The notes under the pieces are model-generated. The model did not search any database and was not told the DNA's origin. It worked only from the letters and a program-made list of their open reading frames with translations. The position numbers were made by a program, and so were the translations under genes. 64,000 bases of DNA, taken from the IMG/VR virus record IMGVR_UViG_3300029305_011788, positions 8,227 through 72,226 of that record; one strand, written 5' to 3'. How positions within the stretch are numbered: position 1 is the stretch's first letter; every line of letters begins with the position of its first letter. The DNA comes from a virus (lineage: Duplodnaviria > Caudoviricetes). Shown here one piece after another: positions 10,152-19,732 of this stretch.

Positions 10152-11555
10152 TTACATACCCCCATTCTTGTACTTCTTCCTGCGTTTCTTCCGCAGGAAT
10201 CTGTCATCGGTTTCCTCGTCCGGATTTTCATCCGGCTCATCCTGTTCCTCGGTGTCGGGCTGATCGTCCGTATCATTACCGGACTGCTTCGGCTGATATG
10301 CCGCATACGCCGCACCTGCATCCTCCAGCTTGTTATACGAGCCGTTCAGGTAGTAGTCATTGCCGCCCTGATCATCGGGAATCAAATCCATATTTTCCAG
10401 ACGGCGCACATCGTTGGGAGACATAAAGCCGTTGCCGACACCGATGGCGTATGCGTTCATACGGCTCTGGTAGTCGCCGCGCATCAGACCGTCCACATTG
10501 AATTTCGGAAAATACACATCCTGTTCTTCCTCCAGAAGAAGGTCTTTCATGATGCCCTTTTCGATACGGATGATCCACGGCATAAGAGAATACTGCACGA
10601 ATGCGATGCCCTGATGCTCAATGTTATTGAAGGTGCTGCGTTTCAAATCCTGCACCAGATGTGGCGGAACCTGAAACATACGGCAGATTTCCTCCACATC
10701 GAACTCGCGGGTAGATAAAAACTGCGAATCCTCCGGCGGCAGGGAGATCGGCTTATACTGCATACCTTCTTCGAGGACTGCGATGCGGTGTGCGTTCCGT
10801 GCGCCGCCGTATGCCTTTGTCCAGTTGTCGCGGATCTTCTGCGGATCCTTCAGCACGCCCGGATGTTCGAGGACTCCGGCAGGCTGCGCTCCGTTTTTGA
10901 AGAAGGCGCTGCCGTATCGCTCTACAGCCATGACAGCACCGAGCGCATTTTTCATCATTGCTATCGGTGAGAATCCGACCAGTCCATTGAAGCCCAGACC
11001 GGGGATGTGCAGAATTTCATCCCTGCGAAAAATAATGTCCTTGTCATGCTCGCCCGGTTTTTCATCGGTGTAAGCGTGATAGGTGTAAATGAGGTCGCCG
11101 CTTTTCGGATCACGGTCGATTTCCACATTTTCCGGCAACAGCGGATACAGACCGAGGATACCATTCTTGCCGTCACGGACGATTTGTGCATACGCATTTC
11201 CCCAAAGCAGCAAATGACACATCAGTGTCTCCCAGAATGAAAATGAACTCATTTCGGGATTTGGCTGCCGGTATAGGATTTTGTACAGCGGATGGTCGGT
11301 CGCCAGTTCCTTATCCTCGCCCTCGCCGGTGTATCTGTATAGGTGCAGCGGTAGTCCTGCAATCGTATTGGAAAGCAGTCTCACGCAGGCATAAACGGTC
11401 ACAATCTGCATTGCGGTGCGCTCATCCACACGTTCTCCGCTGTGCGTCATGCCGAATACGAACAGGTTTCCTGAATCTCGGACATTGTCCTGAATATCCG
11501 GCAGCATCGGCGCGTCTCTTGGCTTGTTGATGCCAAGCCAGCTCAAAAAGCCCAT
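10152..11555 (-). CDS. Portal protein, HK97 family
   Basis: VYACVRLLS, LLWGNAYA, GFSPI, VLEEGMQY, FQVPPHL motifs. Confidence 0.95.
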   Translation of the reverse strand: MGFLSWLGINKPRDAPMLPDIQDNVRDSGNLFVFGMTHSGERVDERTAMQIVTVYACVRLLSNTIAGLPLHLYRYTGEGEDKELATDHPLYKILYRQPNPEMSSFSFWETLMCHLLLWGNAYAQIVRDGKNGILGLYPLLPENVEIDRDPKSGDLIYTYHAYTDEKPGEHDKDIIFRRDEILHIPGLGFNGLVGFSPIAMMKNALGAVMAVERYGSAFFKNGAQPAGVLEHPGVLKDPQKIRDNWTKAYGGARNAHRIAVLEEGMQYKPISLPPEDSQFLSTREFDVEEICRMFQVPPHLVQDLKRSTFNNIEHQGIAFVQYSLMPWIIRIEKGIMKDLLLEEEQDVYFPKFNVDGLMRGDYQSRMNAYAIGVGNGFMSPNDVRRLENMDLIPDDQGGNDYYLNGSYNKLEDAGAAYAAYQPKQSGNDTDDQPDTEEQDEPDENPDEETDDRFLRKKRRKKYKNGGM

Positions 11556-11570
11556 AAACATTACCTCCTG

Positions 11571-14237
11571 TCAGATGACCACAAGATCATGGTCGGGTTC
11601 ATCATATACAGATCCCTGCATTTCGTGACGGATACATCTGTCAAGTGCCATGATCCAAGCCACAATGCCGTCAATCTTTTCTGTCGATTTCTTTTTACTC
11701 GGTTTGATGTTCTCCGCCGCATCAATTTCAGCAACCACATTGCCCGCCATCCAGCGCAGGACAGGGTTGCCGCCGTGTATAAACTGCCCTTCGAGAATGA
11801 GCTTGTACAGTTCTTTCATCGGCGGGGACATATCCTTGAAGCCCATGCCCATCGGAACAACGGTAAAGCCGTCACCCTCAAGGTCGGTGATAAGCTGTGT
11901 GGCATTCCAGCGGTCGGCAGCAATTTCCTTGATGTTGTACATCGTGTGCAGCTCGTTGATCGTTTTCCGCACGAAATTATAATCGACCACATTGCCCTCG
12001 GTGATATGAAATAATCCCATGCGCTCCCATACATCGTAGGGAACATGGTCTCGGCGCACTCGCAAATCAAGCGTTTCTCTTGGCAGCCAGAAGTGCGGGA
12101 CAACGATGTATTTCTCGCCGTCATGCAGCGGAGGGAACACCAGCACAAATGCCGTGATGTCCGATGTGCTGGACAGGTCAAGACCTGCGTAGCATTCCCG
12201 TCCCCGCAGTTTTTCAAGGTCGATAGGAAGATTGCCCCTGTCGTAGATATGCTCCGGAATCCATGCAACGATGCTACCAACCCACTGATCAAGACGTAGC
12301 TGACGGAATACATTTTCTTCCGCAGGATTCGTCAGTGCTTCACGGTGGGCATCACGCACTCGGTCAATGGTGATTGTGTATCCGAGCGATGGATTTGCCT
12401 TGTACCAAGATTCCTCGGCATTCCAGTCATCGCCGTCATTCAGTCCGTAGATGACCGGATAAAAGGACGGATCAATACGCCGTCCATCGAGAATGTCTTT
12501 TGCTTTGGTGTGATACTCGTAGCAGATGCTGTTGCGGTCAGTGCCGGCGGTTGTAATCAGGAAGTACAGCGGCTGAGTACGGGCATCGCCGGATCCCTTT
12601 GTCAGAACATCCACAAGGCTGCGGTTCGGCTGGGCATGAAGTTCATCCAAAACCAGACCGGATACATTCAGTCCGTGTTTTGTACCGACTTCTGCTGAAA
12701 GCACCTGATAGAATCCCACATTGCTGTAGTTCACCAGCCGTTTTGTCGCCGCCATGATCTTGGAGCGTTTCAGGAGCGCCGGTGTCATTTCCACCATTCG
12801 CTTTGCTACATCGAATACGATGGATGCCTGCTGTCGGTCGGCGGCTGCACCATAGACCTCAGCGGAAGGCTCATTGTCGGCGTAAAGCAGATACAGTGCA
12901 ATTGCCGCCGCAAGCTCACTGTTGTGCGTAGGCATAAACGATGTTCCTGCAAGATATTGGTGGCTCGGACTGTCCACCTGAATGCACTGCATTTTCACAG
13001 GATGATCCACAGGCTGAATGTCCAGTAAATAATGAAAACAGGAGCGAGTTTCTTCCACCCGCGCCCGTGTGCGTGTGTACTTTCGTTTCAGTCTTGATGT
13101 CGGCTGATCGTCAAAGGTAGTAAACCGGACGATATACAAAATCTCTCCGGTCGGCCACCCATGCCGAGTAGAAGGCTCACATTTCACTGCATTTTTGATA
13201 CCGAGCGACCACAGCAGTTCTCTGACGGAAAGCGCCAGTTCTCGCAGTGTTGTGACATACACACTTTGCCCCTTTCGTTCGCCGATACAGCCGTCCGAAT
13301 CCATCAGACCTTGCAGCAATGCCCACCGCTGCTCTGTGGATGCTCTCAGATATTCCGGTCGGATCTTTTTTTCACGGAAGCTGTCAAGCAGGACCGCCTT
13401 CAGTTCACTGTACTTTATGATCTCACTGCCGCCGCATTTCTGCGGATAACGGTTGTGTACCTTATACGGAATATTCGAGATGATGTCCTCGACATCCTCC
13501 GTCCGAACAGTAATCTCCGGCTTGGTGGCATTGCCGTTTCCGAGCCAGTAGCCGTACAGATATGGATCAATCGGTAAATCTGCCGCCTTTGTCTGAAGGA
13601 CACCGCATACCGGAATTCGGATAAGGGAATCCCGCTTTGACTGCGGTCTGTCGGAAAAACGCTGTCTGTATTCCGAAGTCCTGCGATAGATCTCACCGGT
13701 TGTCCAGAGGACATCTTTGCACTTGCCGTAAATATACTGACAGTTCCACAGATGCCGTTCTCCGGCGATGATCGAAGTGCCGTCTTTGAAGGTCAGCTTG
13801 TAGGCTTGCTCTGTATCATCCACAGGGCTTTTCGCAACCACATGGCACGGATTTCCGTTCTCATCAAATACAGTATCTCCGACCTTCAGATCGCCCATAT
13901 TGGTGAATCCCTGCGGAGTCGGAATAGGCGTATCCAGAGCGAGCTGCTTTCCATTTTTCTTTGGAATTTCGACATAGGCTGTGCGGAATTGCCTCGTATC
14001 ATCCTCTTTGACGATGCCAAAAATGTCACGAATGATCTGTTCCTGCCACGGCAATAACCAGAACGGCTTTCCCGCCCATCTGCCTTTGGTATGGCACAGG
14101 TTTTCAATGAAGCGCACAGCCCTGTCCGCCTTCGCCGCATCGTAGTGCGATTCCGGCAGCATGAAGCGTGTCGGCTGGTAGTTCTTCAGCTTCGGATAGT
14201 TTTTCGGGCGCTCCCGCGCCCTTGCCGTTCCTGCCAT
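11571..14237 (-). CDS. terL: Terminase large subunit containing an intein
   Basis: PKKNGK/S Walker A interrupted by intein; LDELH Walker B; GLDLSSTSD nuclease motif; KIDGIVA. Confidence 0.95.
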   Translation of the reverse strand: MAGTARARERPKNYPKLKNYQPTRFMLPESHYDAAKADRAVRFIENLCHTKGRWAGKPFWLLPWQEQIIRDIFGIVKEDDTRQFRTAYVEIPKKNGKQLALDTPIPTPQGFTNMGDLKVGDTVFDENGNPCHVVAKSPVDDTEQAYKLTFKDGTSIIAGERHLWNCQYIYGKCKDVLWTTGEIYRRTSEYRQRFSDRPQSKRDSLIRIPVCGVLQTKAADLPIDPYLYGYWLGNGNATKPEITVRTEDVEDIISNIPYKVHNRYPQKCGGSEIIKYSELKAVLLDSFREKKIRPEYLRASTEQRWALLQGLMDSDGCIGERKGQSVYVTTLRELALSVRELLWSLGIKNAVKCEPSTRHGWPTGEILYIVRFTTFDDQPTSRLKRKYTRTRARVEETRSCFHYLLDIQPVDHPVKMQCIQVDSPSHQYLAGTSFMPTHNSELAAAIALYLLYADNEPSAEVYGAAADRQQASIVFDVAKRMVEMTPALLKRSKIMAATKRLVNYSNVGFYQVLSAEVGTKHGLNVSGLVLDELHAQPNRSLVDVLTKGSGDARTQPLYFLITTAGTDRNSICYEYHTKAKDILDGRRIDPSFYPVIYGLNDGDDWNAEESWYKANPSLGYTITIDRVRDAHREALTNPAEENVFRQLRLDQWVGSIVAWIPEHIYDRGNLPIDLEKLRGRECYAGLDLSSTSDITAFVLVFPPLHDGEKYIVVPHFWLPRETLDLRVRRDHVPYDVWERMGLFHITEGNVVDYNFVRKTINELHTMYNIKEIAADRWNATQLITDLEGDGFTVVPMGMGFKDMSPPMKELYKLILEGQFIHGGNPVLRWMAGNVVAEIDAAENIKPSKKKSTEKIDGIVAWIMALDRCIRHEMQGSVYDEPDHDLVVI
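12921..13946 (-). mobile_element. 342-aa intein with LAGLIDADG homing endonuclease, class-3 signature
   Basis: QLALDTPIP start, HLW block B, MQCIQVD block F, THN/S end; YLYGYWLGNG and LLQGLMDSDG endonuclease motifs. Confidence 0.9.
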
Positions 14238-14710
14238 CAGCCACCTCCGAGCAATTCATCCATATCGTCAACGGCAGCGTTTTTCATATCCGCACCGGCT
14301 GTGATACGGCTTCTTGCCGCCGGAGTCAGACCGAACTGCTCTGCGATCTTATTCATGATTTTCAGATAGGTCTGAGCAATGGACACCTGCGGAACCTGCT
14401 GCCAGTAGCCGGACTTCGTTTTTACAATCGTACCGTGCTGCGTCATAAATTCCTCGGCTTCCTTCCAACGGGCGTATGCCTGACAGTACGATGCGAATGC
14501 CGCCTGATCGACCTCGGTTAGCACACCGATCTGTTCGAGCTGTTTAGACAGCCTGCGCCATTCCTTTTTCGCTTCCGGCTCCAACCACTTCGGACAAGGC
14601 GGCGCTTTGCGTTCCGGCTTCGGCTCTGCATCATTCAGCGGACGCTTGCCCGGATTTCCTTCCAGCTCTTTGATCGCTGTCGGCTTTGGTTTTCTGCCTC
14701 TCTGAGCCAT
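14237..14710 (-). CDS. terS: Terminase small subunit, P27 family
   Basis: GRKPKPTAIKELEGNPGKR and FGLTPAARSRI motifs. Confidence 0.92.
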   Translation of the reverse strand: MAQRGRKPKPTAIKELEGNPGKRPLNDAEPKPERKAPPCPKWLEPEAKKEWRRLSKQLEQIGVLTEVDQAAFASYCQAYARWKEAEEFMTQHGTIVKTKSGYWQQVPQVSIAQTYLKIMNKIAEQFGLTPAARSRITAGADMKNAAVDDMDELLGGG

Positions 14711-14795
14711 CCGCATCACTCCTTCCTCAAAAAATCTGCATAAAGAAAAGACCTGCATGCTGCAAGCCTCTCCTATGTATAAAACCACCATGAAT

Positions 14796-15059
14796 TTATC
14801 CGTTCAGCATATCCAGCATCAGCCTTGCGCCGTCACGAAAGCCTCTCGTGTAGCTGTCCTCTGAGGTGATCGATTCCATCTGTCGGTGAAGGTCGATCAA
14901 TGCCTCGAATGCTTCCGCAGTATCCGCTTTCATTCCGTCAGCGATCTGATTGTGCAGATCTTCCGCGCGCCCGTTCAGGTTGTCGTAATCGTCCGCCCTG
15001 ACCTTGATATCTGTAGGTGCGCTGATTCTGCCCCGGTATAACTCGCTGATTGCTCCCAT
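14796..15059 (-). CDS. Hypothetical protein (DUF6809-like)
   Basis: AGGAGG RBS; ELYRGRI...GFRDGARL pattern recalled, unverified. Confidence 0.65.
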   Translation of the reverse strand: MGAISELYRGRISAPTDIKVRADDYDNLNGRAEDLHNQIADGMKADTAEAFEALIDLHRQMESITSEDSYTRGFRDGARLMLDMLNG

Positions 15060-15124
15060 CCGCTTCACCTCCTTGCCGTGGGGCGATGGGGCGGCTTTGT
15101 GCTGCCGCCCGCCGTCCGTTTTGT

Positions 15125-15349
15125 TCAGTTGAACTTGTCGAGGAGCATCCGAAGGACTGCCTTGGTGTCCTTGTCAGCCGCCCTGACATCCATGCCCCGG
15201 TCGTAGTTGAAAACCGTCTCGCCGTTGCGCTCAATCCAGATCTTCGAGGCTCTGCCCTCCTTGTAGCCGAACTCGCTGGGCTCCTCGAAGTGCTTCACGC
15301 TGTAGCGGTATTCCCTCCCGTTGTAGTTGATCGTGCCGTGTGTCCACAT
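15125..15349 (-). CDS. Small cassette protein (DUF7678-like)
   Basis: MWTHGTI...NYDRGMD; directly after promoter copy P1. Confidence 0.7.
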   Translation of the reverse strand: MWTHGTINYNGREYRYSVKHFEEPSEFGYKEGRASKIWIERNGETVFNYDRGMDVRAADKDTKAVLRMLLDKFN

Positions 15350-15387
15350 AGTGTTTACCTCGTTCTTTCGTAGTTTTCGGTAGGCTT

Positions 15388-15495
15388 TGCCCTTCCGTTG
15401 TACCCATATTACCATAGGTCGGCGGATATATCAAGCGGCTAAACTGCCAGAATGTGCAGGGCGATTTTTCGGCGTTTGTTGTACATATTATGCCT
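15388..15495 (-). promoter_or_regulatory. Cassette promoter module P1
   Basis: TTGATA-17-TAATAT, upstream TTTAGCCGC and ATGTACA box, leader ACAACGGAAGGGC. Confidence 0.8.
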
Positions 15496-15506
15496 TTCCC
15501 CAGAAG

Positions 15507-15595
15507 GCGCACAGTCGCCCTGTGTGGGCGGCTTTCAGTGTGGGGCAAGTTATCCGCAGGAGCCTCAAAAGCCGCGACACAGGCGAACGTGGCGC
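15507..15595. repeat. Long imperfect hairpin repeat R1 (89 bp)
   Basis: GCGC...TGTGTGGGCGGCTTT / AAAGCCGC..CACAGGCGAACGTGGCGC arms, core GGGCAAGTTATCC. Confidence 0.8.
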
Positions 15596-15635
15596 GGAAC
15601 AGCCCCTCCGCAGAAGGACTGCTCCGTTTTGGCAA

Positions 15636-15908
15636 TCAGCCGCCGTAGTACTCCTCGATGTACTGTGTGCCGTCCTCCTCGGTGACCACGCTGGGGAACC
15701 GTACCTTGTGTCCCTGCTCGGTCATGATGCCCGCGGCAAGGTCGGCGATCTCACCGAGGAATGCCATGTCCCATTCGAGGTCGGGGTTCTCGGTCAGCAC
15801 CTTGCAGAATTCAAAGGCTGCCTCGTAGATGTCATCGTTGCGGTCTGCTTGCGCATCGGTCAGTTCCAGATTCTCGGCTTCGCCGCACTTTGTAGTGTTC
15901 TCGTTCAT
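15636..15908 (-). CDS. Small acidic cassette protein
   Basis: 90 aa, about 22 D/E versus 5 K/R; ACGGAGG RBS after P2. Confidence 0.75.
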   Translation of the reverse strand: MNENTTKCGEAENLELTDAQADRNDDIYEAAFEFCKVLTENPDLEWDMAFLGEIADLAAGIMTEQGHKVRFPSVVTEEDGTQYIEEYYGG

Positions 15909-15949
15909 GTAGATTTCCTCCGTTTTTCGTTGTTTTCGGTTCGGTTTCC

Positions 15950-16050
15950 CGTTCCGTTGTACACACTATAACTCTTTTTTCGCACATTATCAAGCGTGAG
16001 TAATCACGATCATACCGGCTGTTTTTTGCACTGAATTGTGTACATTATAG
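15950..16050 (-). promoter_or_regulatory. Cassette promoter module P2
   Basis: TTGATA-17-TATAGT, ATGTACA box, leader ACAACGGAAC. Confidence 0.7.
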
Positions 16051-16063
16051 CTTGCGGTAAATT

Positions 16064-16152
16064 GCGCCAGAACGCGCAGTGTGGGCGGCTTTTATCTCAG
16101 GGCAAGTGATCCGCAGGAAAGCCGTAAGCCACCACACAGGCGAACGTGGCGC
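16064..16152. repeat. Long imperfect hairpin repeat R2 (89 bp)
   Basis: Same ends (GCGCC... / CACACAGGCGAACGTGGCGC), core GGGCAAGTGATCC. Confidence 0.8.
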
Positions 16153-16155
16153 AAG

Positions 16156-16335
16156 TCAGGGCTTGCTGTTTCTGCCCAGCTCGTAGGCTCTTGCCAGCAT
16201 CATGCGGAGCGTCATTATGCTGACCTCGGTGGTATCCGCATCAATGCCCCGGAAGTCCAGCCCGCCGCGCTCAGCAAGCACAAGGCTTTCTTCCATTGCG
16301 ATCTGCTCCAATGCCTTCTGGATTTCGGTATCCAT
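16156..16335 (-). CDS. 59-aa protein, DUF6900-like (not in ORF track)
   Basis: MDTEIQKALEQIAMEESLVLAERGGLDFRG...ARAYELGR; AAAGGAG RBS; similar to C-terminus of 18497-18862. Confidence 0.7.
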   Translation of the reverse strand: MDTEIQKALEQIAMEESLVLAERGGLDFRGIDADTTEVSIMTLRMMLARAYELGRNSKP

Positions 16336-16389
16336 GTATGCGCTCCTTTCGGTGGATGCCGCCCCTCCGGAGAAGGGCGGCTCGTTTTC

Positions 16390-16752
16390 TCAGCCTGCGA
16401 AGTTTTCAAGGTAGTCGCTGATCGCCTTTGCCGTTTTGGTGTAGTCCGCTGCGGTTGGGCGGTAGCCGTACCACTTGGGGTCATTGTAAGCCGTCCAGAC
16501 GTAAAGCCCGTCGTGCTTGCCCCAAAGGTCCTCGAACTTCACCGTCAGGCTGTCGATCTTGCCCTCGGTGCGGTTCAGCACCGTGATCAGGATGCCGTAG
16601 CGGCGGTCCGCCTCGATGCATCTTGCGAACTCGACCTTCACCGTGGTGGTGTCGGTCAGGCGGGCGATGCAGGCGCTTCCGACCAGCTTGGGGTTCTTCA
16701 TGGCGGTGACCTTTGCGGTCATCTTCTTCAGTTCGGTTTCAAAAAAGTTCAT
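16390..16752 (-). CDS. Hypothetical cassette protein
   Basis: MNFFETELKKM..., 120 aa, ACGGAGG RBS after P3. Confidence 0.75.
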   Translation of the reverse strand: MNFFETELKKMTAKVTAMKNPKLVGSACIARLTDTTTVKVEFARCIEADRRYGILITVLNRTEGKIDSLTVKFEDLWGKHDGLYVWTAYNDPKWYGYRPTAADYTKTAKAISDYLENFAG

Positions 16753-16790
16753 GGTGGAATCCTCCGTTTGTTTTATTCGGCGGGGCGTTT

Positions 16791-16897
16791 GCCCTTCCGT
16801 TGTGTCACATATTACCATGATCTCCCCGGAATAGCAAGCGGCTAAACTACCAGAATGTGCAAGGCGATTTTTCGCTGATTGTTGTACATATTATGCC
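16791..16897 (-). promoter_or_regulatory. Cassette promoter module P3
   Basis: TTGCTA-17-TAATAT (TGG-extended), leader GTGACACAACGGAAGGGC. Confidence 0.8.
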
Positions 16898-16912
16898 GCC
16901 GCCCGAAGGCGC

Positions 16913-16936
16913 GGAGCAGAGCCGAAGCCCTGCCCC
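16913..16936 (-). repeat. 24-nt cUUCGg hairpin, identical copy at 19701-19724
   Basis: GGGGCAGGGC TTCG GCTCTGCTCC at the 3' end of a cassette; no U-tract. Confidence 0.7.
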
Positions 16937-16944
16937 TGATGCGG

Positions 16945-17322
16945 TCAGAGCATTACGCGGATGCCTTCGACCTCGTAGTCGTCCATGACATGATAGTCGT
17001 TGTCGTTGCGGGTAATGGAATCAAGCCCATACACCGTACAGCCGAGCCGTCTCATCTGATGCAGTGCTTCAATCAGAACTGTGGTTTTTGCCGTTACCAC
17101 AATGGTTGTGATATTGGCAATGCGGAGCGTGTTAAGAAAATCCTCCATGTCGCCCTCGTTCGGCAGGTCGGTCACTTCGTACTTGCTGCTGTTGTGACGG
17201 CGGCTGTCCTTGTAGTTCCACAGTGCCTTCCTTGCACCGAGGCTGTAGCCCGACTTCTGACCGTTGCTCTTGCGTTCGTAGATTTTGCGATCCATCTGTT
17301 CAAACGTGTAAATGATATCCAT
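16945..17322 (-). CDS. Hypothetical protein (DUF7698-like)
   Basis: MDIIYTFEQM..., AAAGGAG RBS; family recalled, unverified. Confidence 0.7.
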   Translation of the reverse strand: MDIIYTFEQMDRKIYERKSNGQKSGYSLGARKALWNYKDSRRHNSSKYEVTDLPNEGDMEDFLNTLRIANITTIVVTAKTTVLIEALHQMRRLGCTVYGLDSITRNDNDYHVMDDYEVEGIRVML

Positions 17323-17377
17323 GTATTTTCTCCTTTCGGCATTCGGCTGCCCGGTGAAGGGCAGCCCCGCCTTTGTT

Positions 17378-17734
17378 TTAGTCAATAATGTGCAGCACCA
17401 CCATGCCATTCGGTGTCGGGATGAAGATTTCAGGCTCCCAGAAGATTGCCTTGTACTTTTCGATCTGCTCATCGGTCAGCCCTGTGAAATCCTCGAAGCC
17501 CAGTCCGCAGACGAAGAAGGTACCTTTGATCGGGCCGTATTTCTCAACCGTTCTGTTCCATGCAAGGTCATCGCGGAACAGCCCCTCCTCGTTGCACACA
17601 ACGGCGATGTTGTCGGTTTCGCTCGGATACAAGGCCTGAATGTAGCCATCCACCTCCGCCTGAAGGTTCTCAAGGGTGTGTTCGATGTCCTTGACGTAGG
17701 GGCGCTTGCCGGGTTCGCATACCAGAATTTTCAT
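17378..17734 (-). CDS. DUF3846-like protein
   Basis: MKILVCEPGKRPY, LQAEVDGYIQ, VCNEEG, IKGTFFVCG motifs. Confidence 0.8.
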   Translation of the reverse strand: MKILVCEPGKRPYVKDIEHTLENLQAEVDGYIQALYPSETDNIAVVCNEEGLFRDDLAWNRTVEKYGPIKGTFFVCGLGFEDFTGLTDEQIEKYKAIFWEPEIFIPTPNGMVVLHIID

Positions 17735-17770
17735 GTAGATTCGCTCCTTTTGTATGATTCCGCTTGTCTG

Positions 17771-17870
17771 GCGGTAGTGACATATTAACTCTTTTTCTGC
17801 GATAAGTCCACGCCTTTTCGCAAAATAAATGTACCAGACATGAGCCGATATTTCAGGCGGAATTGTACAT
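17771..17870 (-). promoter_or_regulatory. Cassette promoter module P4 (TGGACT variant)
   Basis: TGGACT-17-TAATAT with ATGTACA box upstream. Confidence 0.7.
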
Positions 17871-17880
17871 CGCAAAGAAC

Positions 17881-17969
17881 GCGCACAGTCGCGCCGTGTG
17901 GGGCGGTTTTCCGCAGTGGCAAGTTATCCGCTGTCGCCATGAAAAGCCCCACACAAGCGAACGTGGCGG
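17881..17969. repeat. Long imperfect hairpin repeat R3 (89 bp)
   Basis: GCGCACAGTCGCGCCGTGTGGGGC / GCCCCACACAAGCGAACGTGGCG. Confidence 0.8.
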
Positions 17970-17970
17970 C

Positions 17971-18249
17971 TTATTCCGCCCTCTGCCGTGCAAGCTCTGC
18001 TCTGAGCTGTGTCAGTTCGCATAGCATCTCAAATGAGCGTCCGTACTGCTCCATGTATGCAGCGATGTCGTAGTCTGCGCAGCACAGCAGCTCGAACTTG
18101 TCGGTCACGCCGTTCTTTCCGACCGTGAACTTTGCCTTTCTCGGAAACTGCCGGTCGAGCGTGCCTTCAAAGCCGTGCTTGTTGAACCAGTCGATTGCGT
18201 ACATCTCCTCGTTGGAAAGTACCCTTGTCGCTTTGATCAGGTCGATCAT
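17971..18249 (-). CDS. Hypothetical cassette protein
   Basis: 92 aa, ATGA overlap with upstream ORF. Confidence 0.7.
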   Translation of the reverse strand: MIDLIKATRVLSNEEMYAIDWFNKHGFEGTLDRQFPRKAKFTVGKNGVTDKFELLCCADYDIAAYMEQYGRSFEMLCELTQLRAELARQRAE

Positions 18250-18434
18250 TCTTTCTCACCTCCGTATTCCTTAAGGTAGGCGTTCACGCGGTCGCCGTAG
18301 CCCATCTCAGCAAGCTCCTGCGGTTCAAGGACTTCCAGAAGTGCTTCCATTGCAATCCGCTCAGTGAGCAGTCCATCCGTTGAAAGGTTCGCAATGATTG
18401 CGGTCAGGCATCTGACCTGTTCGTATGTATCCAT
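18246..18434 (-). CDS. Hypothetical cassette protein
   Basis: 62 aa, GGAGG RBS. Confidence 0.65.
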   Translation of the reverse strand: MDTYEQVRCLTAIIANLSTDGLLTERIAMEALLEVLEPQELAEMGYGDRVNAYLKEYGGEKE

Positions 18435-18496
18435 GTTCTTTCCTCCTTCGGGTTTGGCAGCCCCTCCCTGCGGAAGGGCTGCGCTGCTCCGTTCGT

Positions 18497-18862
18497 TTAC
18501 TTGCTCTTGCGTCCTGCCTCATAGGCTTCTTTCAGGGCTGCTTCCAGTCCCCAGACCGAAACCTCGATGAAGTCCTCGCGGTCGCAGTGGCGGGTTTCGA
18601 GGTCTCCGCGCTCGGCTACCAGAATCAGGTGCTTTGCGGCAATCTCGTAGACCTTCTTGTCGATGCCCTCCAGCGGATGCTCGGCTCTCTGCAGCTCGCG
18701 CTCGTATTTGGCGATGCTGCTGTCCATGTTCTTCAGTGCCTGCGCCTTTGAGATACCGTAGACCTCAAGGCAGACCTCTTCGGTCATCTGCTCGGTGGCG
18801 GCTCTGCCGTTCCGCAGGAAGTTCAGGGTGGTCTTGATCTCGTTCAGCTTTTTCTTGGTCAT
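18497..18862 (-). CDS. Protein with C-terminal DUF6900-like domain
   Basis: DLETRHCDREDFIEVSVWGLEAALKEAYEAG motif; after P5. Confidence 0.75.
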   Translation of the reverse strand: MTKKKLNEIKTTLNFLRNGRAATEQMTEEVCLEVYGISKAQALKNMDSSIAKYERELQRAEHPLEGIDKKVYEIAAKHLILVAERGDLETRHCDREDFIEVSVWGLEAALKEAYEAGRKSK

Positions 18863-18902
18863 GGTGGTGTACCTCCGTTTTTTGTTTTCGGCTGGGCTGT
18901 CT

Positions 18903-19003
18903 GCCCTTCCGTTGTGTCACATATTACCATGATCTTTCCGGAATAGCAAGCGGCTAAATGTACAGAATGAAATCGGCGTATCTTCGTCATTTGTTGTACA
19001 TAG
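18903..19003 (-). promoter_or_regulatory. Cassette promoter module P5
   Basis: ATGTACA-N30-TGTACATTTAGCCGC-TTGCTA-17-TAATAT-GTGACACAACGGAAGGGCAGACAGCCC. Confidence 0.85.
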
Positions 19004-19032
19004 TACACCATGCCCACAGGAAGTTCACAAAT

Positions 19033-19120
19033 GCGCCAGAATGCGCCGTGTGGGGCGGTTTTCCGCAGGGGCAAGTTCATCGCTCACCGCAGGAAAACCG
19101 CACACAGGCGAACGTGGGGC
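19033..19120. repeat. Long imperfect hairpin repeat R4 (88 bp)
   Basis: GTGTGGGGCGGTTTTCC / GGAAAACCGCACAC arms, core GGGGCAAGTT. Confidence 0.8.
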
Positions 19121-19146
19121 AAGCCAGCCCCGCAGGGCTGAACTTG

Positions 19147-19530
19147 TCAGCCCTCGGTCGGCGGAATCCACTGTCCCGTCCTTTCATCGAAAAGGTAGTA
19201 ATACGGGATGCCCCAGTCGTCTCTCATCAGCGAAACAACGCTCTTGTGGGTGACCGCAGGCTGCATCGGCTCGTTGCGGTCGCGGTGGTATGCAACCGTC
19301 ACGCCCTCCGCGGGCTTCTCGAAGCTGTGCGGCTCGTCCGCATCCGGCGCAAGGCGCTCACCGAGGATGCTGATGTCTCCGAGGGCAAGCAGCGCCTTGA
19401 CCTTCTCTGCGGTGTTGTAATGCTCGGTGAGGATCGGCATCTGGTGGTCGGGGTAGCCGTCCCAGTGGCAGTAGATCGTTTCCGTGGTGCCGTCCTCGTG
19501 CAGGATGCCGATTCTTGAATTCGTGCTCAT
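19147..19530 (-). CDS. Hypothetical cassette protein (STNSRIG...IYCHWDGYP type)
   Basis: Own promoter P6 and RBS; motif recalled from phage hypothetical proteins. Confidence 0.75.
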   Translation of the reverse strand: MSTNSRIGILHEDGTTETIYCHWDGYPDHQMPILTEHYNTAEKVKALLALGDISILGERLAPDADEPHSFEKPAEGVTVAYHRDRNEPMQPAVTHKSVVSLMRDDWGIPYYYLFDERTGQWIPPTEG

Positions 19531-19571
19531 GTTCATAGACCTCCGTTTTTTTTGTTTTCGGCGGGCTGTCT

Positions 19572-19686
19572 GCCCTTGCCGTTGTGTCACATATTACCAT
19601 GATCTAGCCGATAAGTCCACGTCTATGTGCAAAATAAATCGTAGAAGAATCGCCGTATTCACCCTTTCGTATTGTCGGATGTACAC
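19572..19686 (-). promoter_or_regulatory. Cassette promoter module P6 (TGGACT variant)
   Basis: TTTATTTTGCACATAGACG-TGGACT-17-TAATAT-GTGACACAACGG. Confidence 0.8.
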
Positions 19687-19732
19687 ATGAGTGAAAGGGT
19701 GGAGCAGAGCCGAAGCCCTGCCCCTGTTGCGT

